A stretch of 29,332 nucleotides of DNA from an uncultured Pseudomonadales bacterium (lineage in GTDB: Bacteria; Patescibacteriota; Microgenomatia; UBA1400; CAYNFZ01). Where the stretch lies: NCBI GenBank assembly GCA_964396725.1, contig CAYNFZ010000002.1, positions 1-29,332 on the forward strand. Reading direction: 5' to 3'. How positions within the stretch are numbered: position 1 is the first letter of the stretch; every line of letters starts with the position of its first letter. The notes beneath the pieces were generated by a model that saw only the letters and a list, made by a program, of their open reading frames with translations, searched no databases and was not told the DNA's origin. The position numbers and the translations under genes were made by a program. Shown here piece after piece: positions 16,014-24,251 of this stretch.

Positions 16014-17213
16014 CTAGTAGTTGATGTCGGTGGAGGTGTCGACGATGGAGATCCAGATTTTTCCGGGAACAAAAGTGATATGGTTACCTTCGGTGTCGGT
16101 GAAGATGGTTCTGGCGGTACGACTTTTTTTATTCCAATTGGCTTCAATAACTTTGCCTTGTTGGAATACAAGAGCGTCTCCTTGGCTGATGGTGTCGTAG
16201 AGGAGATGTTTGAGGTCATCGATGCCGCTGGTTTCTTTGGTGAAGAGGATGACGAGGTTTTTAACGGCAATTTGTTGGTCGGTGTTTAAGTCAGTGTGGG
16301 GAGCACCTGCAGTGAAGCGAGAGTAATTCATTGAATCGGCTTGATATTGCCATTTAGCGGCGAATTGGTTGTAACCCTCCCAGAATTGGTATTCGATGGT
16401 GGTGGCGGAATTGCCTGAGGTGGGTTCGTTTGCGGATTTAAATTCCCACGGAGTGAAACCGTCGATCCAGTCTTCGCCGTCAGGGTCGGTGTTGGTCCAG
16501 TGGCGTTGAGCTGCGAGTTTCCAGAGCTGTTGGGTACTGGTGGTGAGGGTGTGTTCGGTGGCGAGGGAGACGTTGGGACCAAGCCGACCAGTGTCCCGCC
16601 AAAAAACGGGTTTGCCGATGCTCATGTGGTCAATGTCGTTTTCGAGGCGCCAACCGTAACTGGCGATTTGTTCGATGGCTTGGGCGCGTTTGTCGGTTTT
16701 ACAGGGACCAAAGGAACCGTTTTCGTATTTTTCGGCGCTACAGTTGGCGCCACCGGCGTGGACGTAGATGGGGTAGTTGTATTCTGAGGCCCAGTCGACA
16801 AAGTAGGTACGGGCGCTGCGGACAGGGGCAATATTGTAGTCTTGATCAATGGCGTCACAGTAAAAAAGTCCCATAAATCGGGTGACTCCCCCTTCGGCGA
16901 TAGCTTCGTAAACGATGTCGGCGGTGGTAATCCCTGATTGAGGCCTGGCTTCGACATGGTTGTTAATCATGACGGCCAAAGGTCGGCGCGGTTCCCAGGC
17001 TTCACGTTCGGTAACGGTGAAAAGTTCCCCATTGAGAGGGCAAACTTCGGTGCGAGGAGCTTCGGGGTCGATATTGAGACCATCCCCAGAATTTTGGGTT
17101 GAGGTATCGGTGGGAACGGTGGAGGGTTGGAGGTAGCTAAAGGTAGCAAAGGAAACTCCAGTGGAAAGGAAATATAGAAAGATGGAGGGAAGAACAGTTT
17201 TTATTTGTTTCAT
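16014..17213 (-). CDS. DUF3048 (YerB-like) exported protein
   Basis: PLAVMINNH..ARPQSG...ADIVYEAIAEGGVTRF, PVRSAR.YF, HAGG, and C-terminal GKIWI. N-terminal signal/anchor. Confidence 0.85.
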   Translation of the reverse strand: MKQIKTVLPSIFLYFLSTGVSFATFSYLQPSTVPTDTSTQNSGDGLNIDPEAPRTEVCPLNGELFTVTEREAWEPRRPLAVMINNHVEARPQSGITTADIVYEAIAEGGVTRFMGLFYCDAIDQDYNIAPVRSARTYFVDWASEYNYPIYVHAGGANCSAEKYENGSFGPCKTDKRAQAIEQIASYGWRLENDIDHMSIGKPVFWRDTGRLGPNVSLATEHTLTTSTQQLWKLAAQRHWTNTDPDGEDWIDGFTPWEFKSANEPTSGNSATTIEYQFWEGYNQFAAKWQYQADSMNYSRFTAGAPHTDLNTDQQIAVKNLVILFTKETSGIDDLKHLLYDTISQGDALVFQQGKVIEANWNKKSRTARTIFTDTEGNHITFVPGKIWISIVDTSTDINY

Positions 17214-17692
17214 TTTTTAGAACTCCATTTTTTTGCTTGTTTGATACATTCAGATTCTTCTTTGGATAATGGGTTTTTGTCTTTGGGGTGGCCGTTTTTT
17301 ATTTCTTTGGTGTAGATACGAGTTTGGTCTCGGGCGTGAAGCGAGGTTAAAAGAATACCATTGTCTTGTTGGTCAAGTAAACAGAGACAGAAACTTTGGT
17401 CGCCACCAGTGTTACCAAAAGGGTTGTAGCGAATGAAACCAATTTTTTGGATGTAGGTTTTGAGAGCTTTATTGGTGTCGCGCAGAGTATCACGGAAATC
17501 GTCGAGATCGCCTTCGATAGACTGGATATCTTTTTTGAGACTAATTAGGACTTGGGCAAAATCCTTTTTGTCGATACCGGAGGTGAGTCGTTTGTAGGTT
17601 TGGTAGGCACGGATGAGAAGACAAGTGATAATTGTTAGCCAAATAGCAAGAAGGGAAAGGGAAATGATCACGACTTGAGGTGGAATAGACAT
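17210..17692 (-). CDS. DUF4446-family protein
   Basis: N-terminal TM helix, coiled coil, KIGFIRYNPFGNTGGDQSF.L.LLD...NGI.LTSLH.R..TRIY.K...LS.EE. Overlaps the next gene by 4 nt. Confidence 0.85.
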   Translation of the reverse strand: MSIPPQVVIISLSLLAIWLTIITCLLIRAYQTYKRLTSGIDKKDFAQVLISLKKDIQSIEGDLDDFRDTLRDTNKALKTYIQKIGFIRYNPFGNTGGDQSFCLCLLDQQDNGILLTSLHARDQTRIYTKEIKNGHPKDKNPLSKEESECIKQAKKWSSKK

Positions 17693-17700
17693 ATTTTATG

Positions 17701-17742
17701 ATTCTAGCCGCTGTTGATCATGGAAGCAAGATAGGATAGACT
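17701..17742. promoter_or_regulatory. Overlapping divergent sigma70 promoters
   Basis: Plus strand: TTGATC (17714-17719), 17 nt, TAGACT (17737-17742). Minus strand: TTGCTT (17729-17724), 17 nt, TAGAAT (17706-17701), 8 nt before the ATG at 17692. Confidence 0.65.
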
Positions 17743-17768
17743 GCGGGCATTGTTTGGAGGTAGCAAAA

Positions 17769-18059
17769 ATGGCAAGAAAAAAAACGAGAAAACAAAAGAA
17801 AGCTGTAGCTGTACGACGAATGCATAAAAAGCTTGATATGACTGCTAATGTCAAGGCTGATGCTGGGAAACTAACGTATAATTTGGAGGGAATTGAGTTG
17901 GAGACGAGAAGTAGGAAAGCACGACTGGAAAAGAAGAAAGAGGAAGAAAATTTATTCGATTATGATCCAGGATTATTAATGGCGGATATTCGAAAAACGG
18001 TGATTTTGTCGATGGTGGTGTTTGGAATGCAGATTGGGTTGTGGTGGTATCTCCAGTAA
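17769..18059 (+). CDS. Small basic tail-anchored membrane protein, 96 aa
   Basis: ATG at 17769 with GGAGG 8 nt upstream. K/R-rich N-terminus and a single C-terminal TM helix. Confidence 0.7.
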   Translation: MARKKTRKQKKAVAVRRMHKKLDMTANVKADAGKLTYNLEGIELETRSRKARLEKKKEEENLFDYDPGLLMADIRKTVILSMVVFGMQIGLWWYLQ

Positions 18060-18158
18060 AATGAAGTGAGAAATGAGAATATATGATGATTGAGGCGAGA
18101 ATGTTTGATATTTTGAAATTTTTGATAAATATGAGGAGAGGGGAATAATAAGGAACTG

Positions 18159-19364
18159 ATGAAAGATTATCGGCCGAATAAAGAGATTCTGAAAAAGTAT
18201 GCCCAAGTTTTGGTGGATTTTGCGCTGAATTCAGGATGTGGGGTGAAGAAAGGAGAAGTGGTGCAGTGTTTGGTGCCGGATGTGGCCAAGCCGCTGATGG
18301 TTTATCTTCAGGAAGCAATTTTAAAGGCTGGAGGCCAGCCGATGATGCGGATGTTGCCAACGGGATTGGAGAAATCATTTTATGAGTTGGCTAATGATGA
18401 ACAGTTAACTTTTTTCCCGAAGAAATATTTGAAAGAACGAGTGGCGTTGGTGGATCATTCGGTGGGAATCTTGGCAGAGCATGACTTATATGAGTTGGCA
18501 GAGACCGATCCGGGAAAGATAATGAAGGCGGCAGAGGCGAAAAGGAAATACAAAGAGTGGCGAGATGAGAAGGAGTATGCGGGAAAGTTTACTTGGACAC
18601 TGGCTATGTATGGAACAGGGGCAATGGCCCAGGAAGCGGGAATGAGTTTGAGGGGGTATTGGGATCAAATCATTCGGGCGTGTTTTTTGGACAAGGAAAA
18701 TCCGATTGGTGAGTGGAAAAAAATTATGGCAATGCAGGAGAAGATAAAGCGCAAGTTGAACAAACTTCCTGTAAGGCGACTGCATGTAACAGGGAAGAAT
18801 GTAGATCTGTGGCTGACTTTGGGAGAAAAGCGGCAATGGGTGGGGGGAAGTGGGAGAAATATCCCATCGTTTGAGATTTTCACCAGTCCGGATTGGCGAG
18901 GGACTGAGGGAATAATATATTTTAATCAACCATTGTATCGATATGGGAATATTGTTCGGGGAGCAAGACTAGAGTTTGTGAAGGGGAAAGTGGTGAAGGC
19001 GAGTGCTGAGACTGGAGGGAAGTTACTAAAACAGATTGTGGAGAGGCCGGAAGCGGATCGAGTGGGAGAGTTTTCGCTGACTGATGCGCGGATGTCGAGA
19101 ATCACGAAGTTTATGGCCAATACTTTGTATGACGAAAATATGGGCGGGAAATATGGAAATACGCATATTGCGGTGGGGATGAGTTATAAGGATGCATACG
19201 CTGGTGATCCGAGAAAGGTAGGTAAGTTTGAATGGAAGCAGTTGGGGTTTAATTGGTCGGCGGAACATACGGATATTATTAGTACTGAAGATCGGGTGGT
19301 GACGGCAGAGTTAGTGGATGAGAGAAAAACAGTGATTTATAAAAAAGGTCAGTTTGTGGTGTAG
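18159..19364 (+). CDS. Aminopeptidase, M29 family (AmpS/AmpT/PepS-like)
   Basis: NIPSFEIFTSP, GEFSL, LYDENMGG..NTHIAVG.SY, and N.SAEHTD (metal-ligand E/H/D pattern). Confidence 0.95.
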   Translation: MKDYRPNKEILKKYAQVLVDFALNSGCGVKKGEVVQCLVPDVAKPLMVYLQEAILKAGGQPMMRMLPTGLEKSFYELANDEQLTFFPKKYLKERVALVDHSVGILAEHDLYELAETDPGKIMKAAEAKRKYKEWRDEKEYAGKFTWTLAMYGTGAMAQEAGMSLRGYWDQIIRACFLDKENPIGEWKKIMAMQEKIKRKLNKLPVRRLHVTGKNVDLWLTLGEKRQWVGGSGRNIPSFEIFTSPDWRGTEGIIYFNQPLYRYGNIVRGARLEFVKGKVVKASAETGGKLLKQIVERPEADRVGEFSLTDARMSRITKFMANTLYDENMGGKYGNTHIAVGMSYKDAYAGDPRKVGKFEWKQLGFNWSAEHTDIISTEDRVVTAELVDERKTVIYKKGQFVV

Positions 19365-19366
19365 CG

Positions 19367-19969
19367 ATGAAACAACCAATTGAGTTTGTGTATTTTGATA
19401 TTGGTGGGGTGTTGGTGGATCTGAATGGTTTGTGGAGAGATTTTTTTAATCTAAGCTCACTGGAGTTAAGTAAAGCTAGGGAAGAGTTTGCAAAGTATGA
19501 TTTATTGGCCTGTAGGGGAGAGCTGACTGTAGATGAGATAAGAGAAATGTATCGAATTAAGTTGGATATTGAGATTGAAGATGTGGAGAATTATTTTGTG
19601 GAGAGGTTTATAAAACGTGAGAAGATGGATAAGTTGGTGAAAAAAGTGGCTTCCAAGTATCGTGTGGGGTTATTGTCAAATATTTGGGGAAATTTATTCC
19701 AGATGTTACAGGATCGAGATTTAATTCCTGATGTTGATTATGAGTGTGTGGTGTTGTCGAATCTGGTAAAGGAGACTAAACCTAACGAAGGAATTTATAG
19801 AATAGCTGCGGAAAGAGTGAATTGTGAAGGGGAGAAAATTTTGCTTGTAGATGATGTGGATGAAAATGTAGCAGGGGCGAGAAAGATGGGATGGAGAGGG
19901 GTGGAGTTTGGAACAGATCGGGTAGAGGAATCAATGAAGCGGATTGAAGAAGAGTTGAAGATTATTTGA
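19367..19969 (+). CDS. HAD-superfamily phosphatase (subfamily IA, YihX-like)
   Basis: Motif I FDIGGVL, motif II LLSN, motif III KP..GIY, motif IV LVDDVDENVAGA..MG. Confidence 0.9.
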   Translation: MKQPIEFVYFDIGGVLVDLNGLWRDFFNLSSLELSKAREEFAKYDLLACRGELTVDEIREMYRIKLDIEIEDVENYFVERFIKREKMDKLVKKVASKYRVGLLSNIWGNLFQMLQDRDLIPDVDYECVVLSNLVKETKPNEGIYRIAAERVNCEGEKILLVDDVDENVAGARKMGWRGVEFGTDRVEESMKRIEEELKII

Positions 19970-20546
19970 GAAGGGCTTTGGCTTGGTGGAAAGCTTGGGC
20001 GCGGTGGGAGATTTGGTTTTTGAATTTGAGACCGAGTTGGGCGAAGGTTTTGCCGTTTCCTTGTGCGGGGATGAAGACCGGATCGTAGCCGAAGCCGGTG
20101 GTGCCCAGTGGTTTGGTGGAGATGTGGCCTTTGACAATGCCTTGGGTGGTTTGGACTTGACCGGATTTGGGATCGTAGATAGCAGCAACACAAGTGAAAC
20201 GAGCGGTTCTGTGGGAGTGGGGAATTTTTTCGAGAAGTTTGAGGAGTTTGTCGATACGATCTTGGTCGTCTTGGCCGAAACGCTTGGATTCGACTCCAGG
20301 TTTGCCTCCTAGAGCATCGACTTCGAGGCCGGAATCGTCGGCGATGGTGAGCAGGCCGGATTTGTCACCGTAGGTTTTGGCTTTGATGATGGCGTTATCA
20401 CGAAAGGTTTTGCCGACTTCTTCGGCTTCGAAGGAGGAATCAATAGGTGATTGGGAAAGAGAGACAATCTGGTAATCAAGAGAAGAGAAGCTTTTCTTGA
20501 TTTCACGAAGTTTGCCAGGATTGGTGGTGGCGGCGAGGATTTTCAT
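19962..20546 (-). CDS. rdgB: Non-canonical purine NTP pyrophosphatase (RdgB/HAM1)
   Basis: ATTNPGKLRE, EEVGKTFRDNA..KA, ADDSGLEVDALGGKPGVES, GFGYDPVF, KNQISHR. Start reassigned to MKILAAT at 20546. Confidence 0.95.
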   Translation of the reverse strand: MKILAATTNPGKLREIKKSFSSLDYQIVSLSQSPIDSSFEAEEVGKTFRDNAIIKAKTYGDKSGLLTIADDSGLEVDALGGKPGVESKRFGQDDQDRIDKLLKLLEKIPHSHRTARFTCVAAIYDPKSGQVQTTQGIVKGHISTKPLGTTGFGYDPVFIPAQGNGKTFAQLGLKFKNQISHRAQAFHQAKALLK

Positions 20547-20624
20547 ATTTAATCCGATGATTCGAATGCAATTAGATGAACTTGAATGGTGGAATTGTAT
20601 TAGAAGCGGTGAAATTATACACAA

Positions 20625-20960
20625 TCAGTGAGTGAGGAGGCCGAGAAAGGAGGAAACGAGAGATAGGACGATGGATCCTAAGATGGCGGGAAGGAGGCCT
20701 TCGAGTGTAAAACCTGGAGTAATATAGGCAGCTCCCCAAAGGAGAAATACATTTAAGACGAGAGCGAATAGGCCCAGGGTGATGAAGGTGATGGGGAGGG
20801 TGATGATTTTGAGGACAGGCTTGATAAAAGTGTTGATGATGCCGATAACAACAGCGGCTATAAGAGCGGTTTTTAAGTCTTGAATGATAAAGCCGGGGAT
20901 GAGATAAGCTGTAATGAGCAGCGAGGCTGCGTTGACAACTATGGATCCAAGAAGTTTCAT
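20625..20960 (-). CDS. Phage holin family (YvlD-like, 4-TM) membrane protein
   Basis: NAASLLITAYLIPG, N.FIKPVLKIITLP...TLGLF.LVLN, the family signature. Confidence 0.88.
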   Translation of the reverse strand: MKLLGSIVVNAASLLITAYLIPGFIIQDLKTALIAAVVIGIINTFIKPVLKIITLPITFITLGLFALVLNVFLLWGAAYITPGFTLEGLLPAILGSIVLSLVSSFLGLLTH

Positions 20961-21010
20961 AGATGTCTATGATAATAGTAATTTAAAACGACTTCAAGAA
21001 AAGGAGGGTT

Positions 21011-21256
21011 ATGACAGATGATGGAGACAAGACATTTGGTGATGATGTGGATGAAGCGAAGAAAGAGCCCCCAGAGAAACAGGATGAGGAGGCTTTTTCG
21101 GGAGAGATGGCGGCGCTGGAGAGCGATGATGATGTGGATGAGGTGGGAGAGGTATATGGGGTGGAATATAAAGATATGGAAGAGTTGAATGTAGCACGCA
21201 AGGTAGCAGTGGAAACAGAGCCAGAACCACCCACGGAAGATAAACCGGCTGATTAA
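21011..21256 (+). CDS. Highly acidic 81-aa protein, DUF6335-like C-terminal motif
   Basis: Strong SD (AAGGAGG). About 30 of 81 residues are D/E. DDVDEVGEVYGVEYKDMEEL resembles, from memory, the DUF6335 motif. Confidence 0.65.
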   Translation: MTDDGDKTFGDDVDEAKKEPPEKQDEEAFSGEMAALESDDDVDEVGEVYGVEYKDMEELNVARKVAVETEPEPPTEDKPAD

Positions 21257-22284
21257 GGAGTCGGAGAAGTAAGGTGGAGGCGGAAGAAGGAAAGGTCGCG
21301 GGAGACGACGGTGTTCCAGTTGGGCTGGAGATTGTGGTCGGCGTTGGGGTAGGTGTAGTAGGTGACGTCTAGTAACGGTTGATCCTGATCGTCGGTGAGA
21401 TCGGTTAATGTCTGGGCTAATTCGTCGGACCACTGGAGGGGAACGGCGTCGTCTTGGCCGCCTTGGTGAATTTGGATGGGAGCGGTGATTTGGTCGAAGT
21501 AACTGTGTATAGAGAAGAGATCAGTGTCGTAGTCTTGTTCGAATTCGGCGAGGGATTTTCTGAGCGCTTTGCCGTGGTCATCGAATTCGTCGGTGTAGTA
21601 GAGGATGTTGTAGGGGAAAGGTTTGCTAACTGGTGCCCAGAGAGTAGTGGGGTAGGGCTGACCGGTGATTTCGAGAACTGAGAGGGCAATTTGGCCGCCG
21701 TTGCTGTGACCCCAGAGGAAGATATTGTGAGGATCGATGTAATCTAGAGTTTTGACGGATTCAATAAGAGTGATGACGGTGACTGGTTTTTGAAGACGAG
21801 CGGCATAAGTGTTGATGTCGGCTGGATCTGAATCACCGTAACCGGCGAAATCGGGAGCAAGGGTGATGAAACCATTACGAGCAAAAACGGCGGCGGCGTT
21901 TTGGGTACCAACTCCGGTCTGGTAGATTTCAGGATCGATGAAACCGCGAAGCATGATGACTACCGGGGTGATGGTATCGGCGTAATCTTGGGGAAGATTG
22001 ATTTGGCCAGTGATGTGTTTACCTTCGGAGATGAAAGTAAATTGGTAGGCGGTGAATTGGGGTTGTTTGTCGATGATACCGATGATTTCGATAGGACTGG
22101 GGGAGATGGTGTGGGTGGCGAGGTTGTCGAAAGTGTATTCGTCTAGGGGGGTAGGTTTGGCTTTTTGATCGGTAAGGGGAGAAGTGATGGAAGGTCGAGG
22201 GGAGGATCGAAAGTACCAGATAGAAATACCAACTATACCAAGGAGGCTGAAGAAAGCGAACAAAAGAAAAAGTTGTTTGAGCAC
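21253..22284 (-). CDS. Membrane-anchored alpha/beta hydrolase (S9-like)
   Basis: APDFAGYGDS, nucleophile elbow WGHSNGG, GGQDDAV (Asp) and ADHN (His). N-terminal TM helix; GTG start. Confidence 0.88.
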   Translation of the reverse strand: MLKQLFLLFAFFSLLGIVGISIWYFRSSPRPSITSPLTDQKAKPTPLDEYTFDNLATHTISPSPIEIIGIIDKQPQFTAYQFTFISEGKHITGQINLPQDYADTITPVVIMLRGFIDPEIYQTGVGTQNAAAVFARNGFITLAPDFAGYGDSDPADINTYAARLQKPVTVITLIESVKTLDYIDPHNIFLWGHSNGGQIALSVLEITGQPYPTTLWAPVSKPFPYNILYYTDEFDDHGKALRKSLAEFEQDYDTDLFSIHSYFDQITAPIQIHQGGQDDAVPLQWSDELAQTLTDLTDDQDQPLLDVTYYTYPNADHNLQPNWNTVVSRDLSFFRLHLTSPTP

Positions 22285-22394
22285 TCTAGCTATATGTAGC
22301 TGTTAATGAGGTGCAGGAAGGAGCGGGTTTATTTTAGCAAGAGAAACAAGATAAAGCGGCCGAAGTTACTAGCAGTTGGTATACTAAAAGGTTA

Positions 22395-22946
22395 ATGGAG
22401 TACCATACACTGGAGTTGTGCGGATTAAGGCGGGAGTTGCCACTGGTGTATGTGGCGAAGAAAACTCGACTGGCACAGTGGTCGATGCTGGGAGATGTAG
22501 AGCTGGTGGATAAATTGGCTGATGAGTTGGAAAAGATTTTGAAACAATTTAAGTTTGAGTATTTGGTAGCTCCTGAAGTCAGGGTGTTGCCCTTGGTGCA
22601 TGGAATAGCTTTAAGGTTGGGTCAAAAAACATTTGTAGTTTGTCGAAGATCGGTTAAACCCTATATGGTTGATCCGGTAATACTTAAACCACTGCCCCAC
22701 TTTCCCAAACATGTGGCGCAAATGGTGATTGATGGTAGAGATGTTAAGTTGGTAGAGGGGAGGCGGGTGGTGGTGATTGATGATGTGGTATCAACGGGGG
22801 TAACGATGAGGATGATGACAAAATTGATGGAGAAAGTAGGGGCGAAAGTGGTGAAGTTGGTGGGGGTGATTAAGCAAGGAAAGCAGTTTGATGATTTGGC
22901 AGAAATGATAAATCTGGGAGAGTTACCGATTTTTAAAGATGTGTGA
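22395..22946 (+). CDS. Type I phosphoribosyltransferase (adenine PRTase-like)
   Basis: PRPP-binding loop VVVIDDVVSTGVTM. N-terminal LCGLRRELPL pattern of APRT-like proteins. Extended -10 TGGTATACT at 22377-22385. Confidence 0.88.
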   Translation: MEYHTLELCGLRRELPLVYVAKKTRLAQWSMLGDVELVDKLADELEKILKQFKFEYLVAPEVRVLPLVHGIALRLGQKTFVVCRRSVKPYMVDPVILKPLPHFPKHVAQMVIDGRDVKLVEGRRVVVIDDVVSTGVTMRMMTKLMEKVGAKVVKLVGVIKQGKQFDDLAEMINLGELPIFKDV

Positions 22947-22953
22947 GTGTGGC

Positions 22954-22982
22954 TTGACTTTCGGGGATATAAGCGTCAAAGT
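22954..22982 (+). promoter_or_regulatory. Weak putative sigma70 promoter for the nucleosidase/BMP operon
   Basis: TTGACT (22954-22959), 17 nt, CAAAGT (22977-22982). The -10 deviates at its first base. Confidence 0.4.
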
Positions 22983-23026
22983 GAATGGGTAACAGGTAAA
23001 TACCTCTTTCCTGGAGAGGAAAATAA

Positions 23027-23077
23027 ATGAATAACAGGAAAAATATTTTGGTTTGTGTTGTATTTGTGACCCGCTAG
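23027..23077 (+). CDS. Putative leader peptide, 16 aa
   Basis: MNNRKNILVCVVFVTR*, with a GGAGAGGA SD upstream. The stop codon lies in the loop of the terminator hairpin. Confidence 0.5.
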   Translation: MNNRKNILVCVVFVTR

Positions 23078-23090
23078 AGGCGGGTTTTTT
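23068..23090 (+). terminator. Intrinsic terminator in the 5' leader of the nucleosidase gene
   Basis: GACCCGC-UAGAG-GCGGGU followed by U-tract (T run 23085-23090). Confidence 0.85.
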
Positions 23091-23228
23091 GATGGGAAGA
23101 GGAGTACTTTAACAAGTCAAGCTAAGGATGGGTACTGGCTTGCTTGGGGGCGATGAGACCAGGATATGATCGTGGTCTTTTTGCCCCGAAGCAAGAATGG
23201 TTGGGGCTTAGTTCATGGGAGGTTAACC

Positions 23229-24173
23229 ATGAAACGCTTTGCTTACGGTGTGTGGATTTTGGTTGTAGTGGCGATGCTGACATTAGCATCGGTGGGAGGC
23301 GTAGTGTTGAGTCAGGAAAGTCGGCTGCTGGACGACACGCCGCGGTTGGCAGTGATAAGCGCTTTCGATTCTGAATTGCAGTTACTGCTAGCTGAAGCTG
23401 AGATTGATGAAGTTCATACCCTCTATGGAGTGTCGTACCACGTAGGGCGCCTTCGAGGGAATGATGTGGTGATGTTTTTGTCGGGCGTGAGCATGGTCAA
23501 CGCAGCGATGACAACCGAGCGGGCGCTGAATAATTTCAACGTGGATCGGATTCTGTTTTCTGGCATCGCCGGAGGGGTGAATCCGGAGCTGAATATCGGG
23601 GATGTGGTGATTCCGGTTCAGTATGGCCAGTATTTGGAAGCGTACTTTGCTCGGGAGATTGAGGGAGAATTTATGCCTCCCGTGTGGTGGACTCCGGAAT
23701 TTCCAAACTACGGGATGATGTTCCCCAGCTCGGTGAGCGTGATTGATCTGGAAGCTGAGGCCCCCAACACTTACCAAGAGCAGTTCTGGTTCCCGGTGGA
23801 CGAAGAGATGTACGAGGTAGCCTCTTCGTTGGATGTGGATTTGGATCAATGCACGGCAGATGGGGTGTGCTTGAGTGTCGATCCGGTCCTGGTGGTGGGT
23901 GGTAACGGGGTTTCCGGCCAGGCGTTCGTAGATAATGCCGAGTTCCGGGAATTTACCTTTAACACTTTTGGGGCCAATGTGCTGGAGATGGAAACGGCCG
24001 CGATTGCCCAAGTGGCGGCTTCTCATGGGATTCCATACCTGGCAGTCAGGTCACTAAGTGACCTGGCAGGTGGAGGTGAGGGGGAGAATGAGATCGGCAC
24101 CTTTTTCCAACTGGCCTCGGATAACTCGGCAAAAGTATTGCTGGCCTTTTTGGAGGCCTGGTCGGAAATGTAA
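23229..24173 (+). CDS. Exported MTA/SAH nucleosidase-like protein (PNP_UDP_1 family)
   Basis: AVISAFDSEL, SGVSMVNAA, FSGIAGG, IGDVVIP, GVSGQAF, EMETAAIAQV, RSLSDLAG. Sec signal MKRFAYGVWILVVVAMLTLA. Start reassigned to 23229 (GGAGG SD). Confidence 0.88.
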   Translation: MKRFAYGVWILVVVAMLTLASVGGVVLSQESRLLDDTPRLAVISAFDSELQLLLAEAEIDEVHTLYGVSYHVGRLRGNDVVMFLSGVSMVNAAMTTERALNNFNVDRILFSGIAGGVNPELNIGDVVIPVQYGQYLEAYFAREIEGEFMPPVWWTPEFPNYGMMFPSSVSVIDLEAEAPNTYQEQFWFPVDEEMYEVASSLDVDLDQCTADGVCLSVDPVLVVGGNGVSGQAFVDNAEFREFTFNTFGANVLEMETAAIAQVAASHGIPYLAVRSLSDLAGGGEGENEIGTFFQLASDNSAKVLLAFLEAWSEM

Positions 24174-24180
24174 ATCCGAG

Positions 24181-24212
24181 AGAGTTGGGGCAGAAGTATT
24201 TGTTCCAACTCT
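24181..24212 (+). other. Intercistronic stem-loop
   Basis: AGAGUUGG (24181-24188) pairs with CCAACUCU (24205-24212), extended by GGCAGA/UUUGUU wobble pairs. No U-tract follows. Confidence 0.5.
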
Positions 24213-24251
24213 AGATTCTTTCGTATCTGAATGAACGAAATGGAGAATGAG

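Noticed and set aside
18083-18148. 21-aa ORF MMIEARMFDILKFLINMRRGE before the aminopeptidase
   Set aside because: No SD or -10 context, and no terminator or competing hairpins. Likely chance in an AT-rich gap.
20625-20960. Holin-family gene as a sign of prophage
   Set aside because: This YvlD-like family is a common chromosomal membrane protein, and there are no phage genes nearby.
22987-22990. pyrG-type reiterative transcription at a GGGU start
   Set aside because: Extra 5' G residues would need a C/U tract next to the terminator arm, but the adjacent bases are G-C-U-A. The TSS position is also uncertain.
22950-23030. Known purine, preQ1 or ZTP riboswitch aptamer
   Set aside because: I could not find the conserved cores (such as the purine three-way junction UCUACC or the preQ1 loop) by eye. 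An Rfam scan would settle it.
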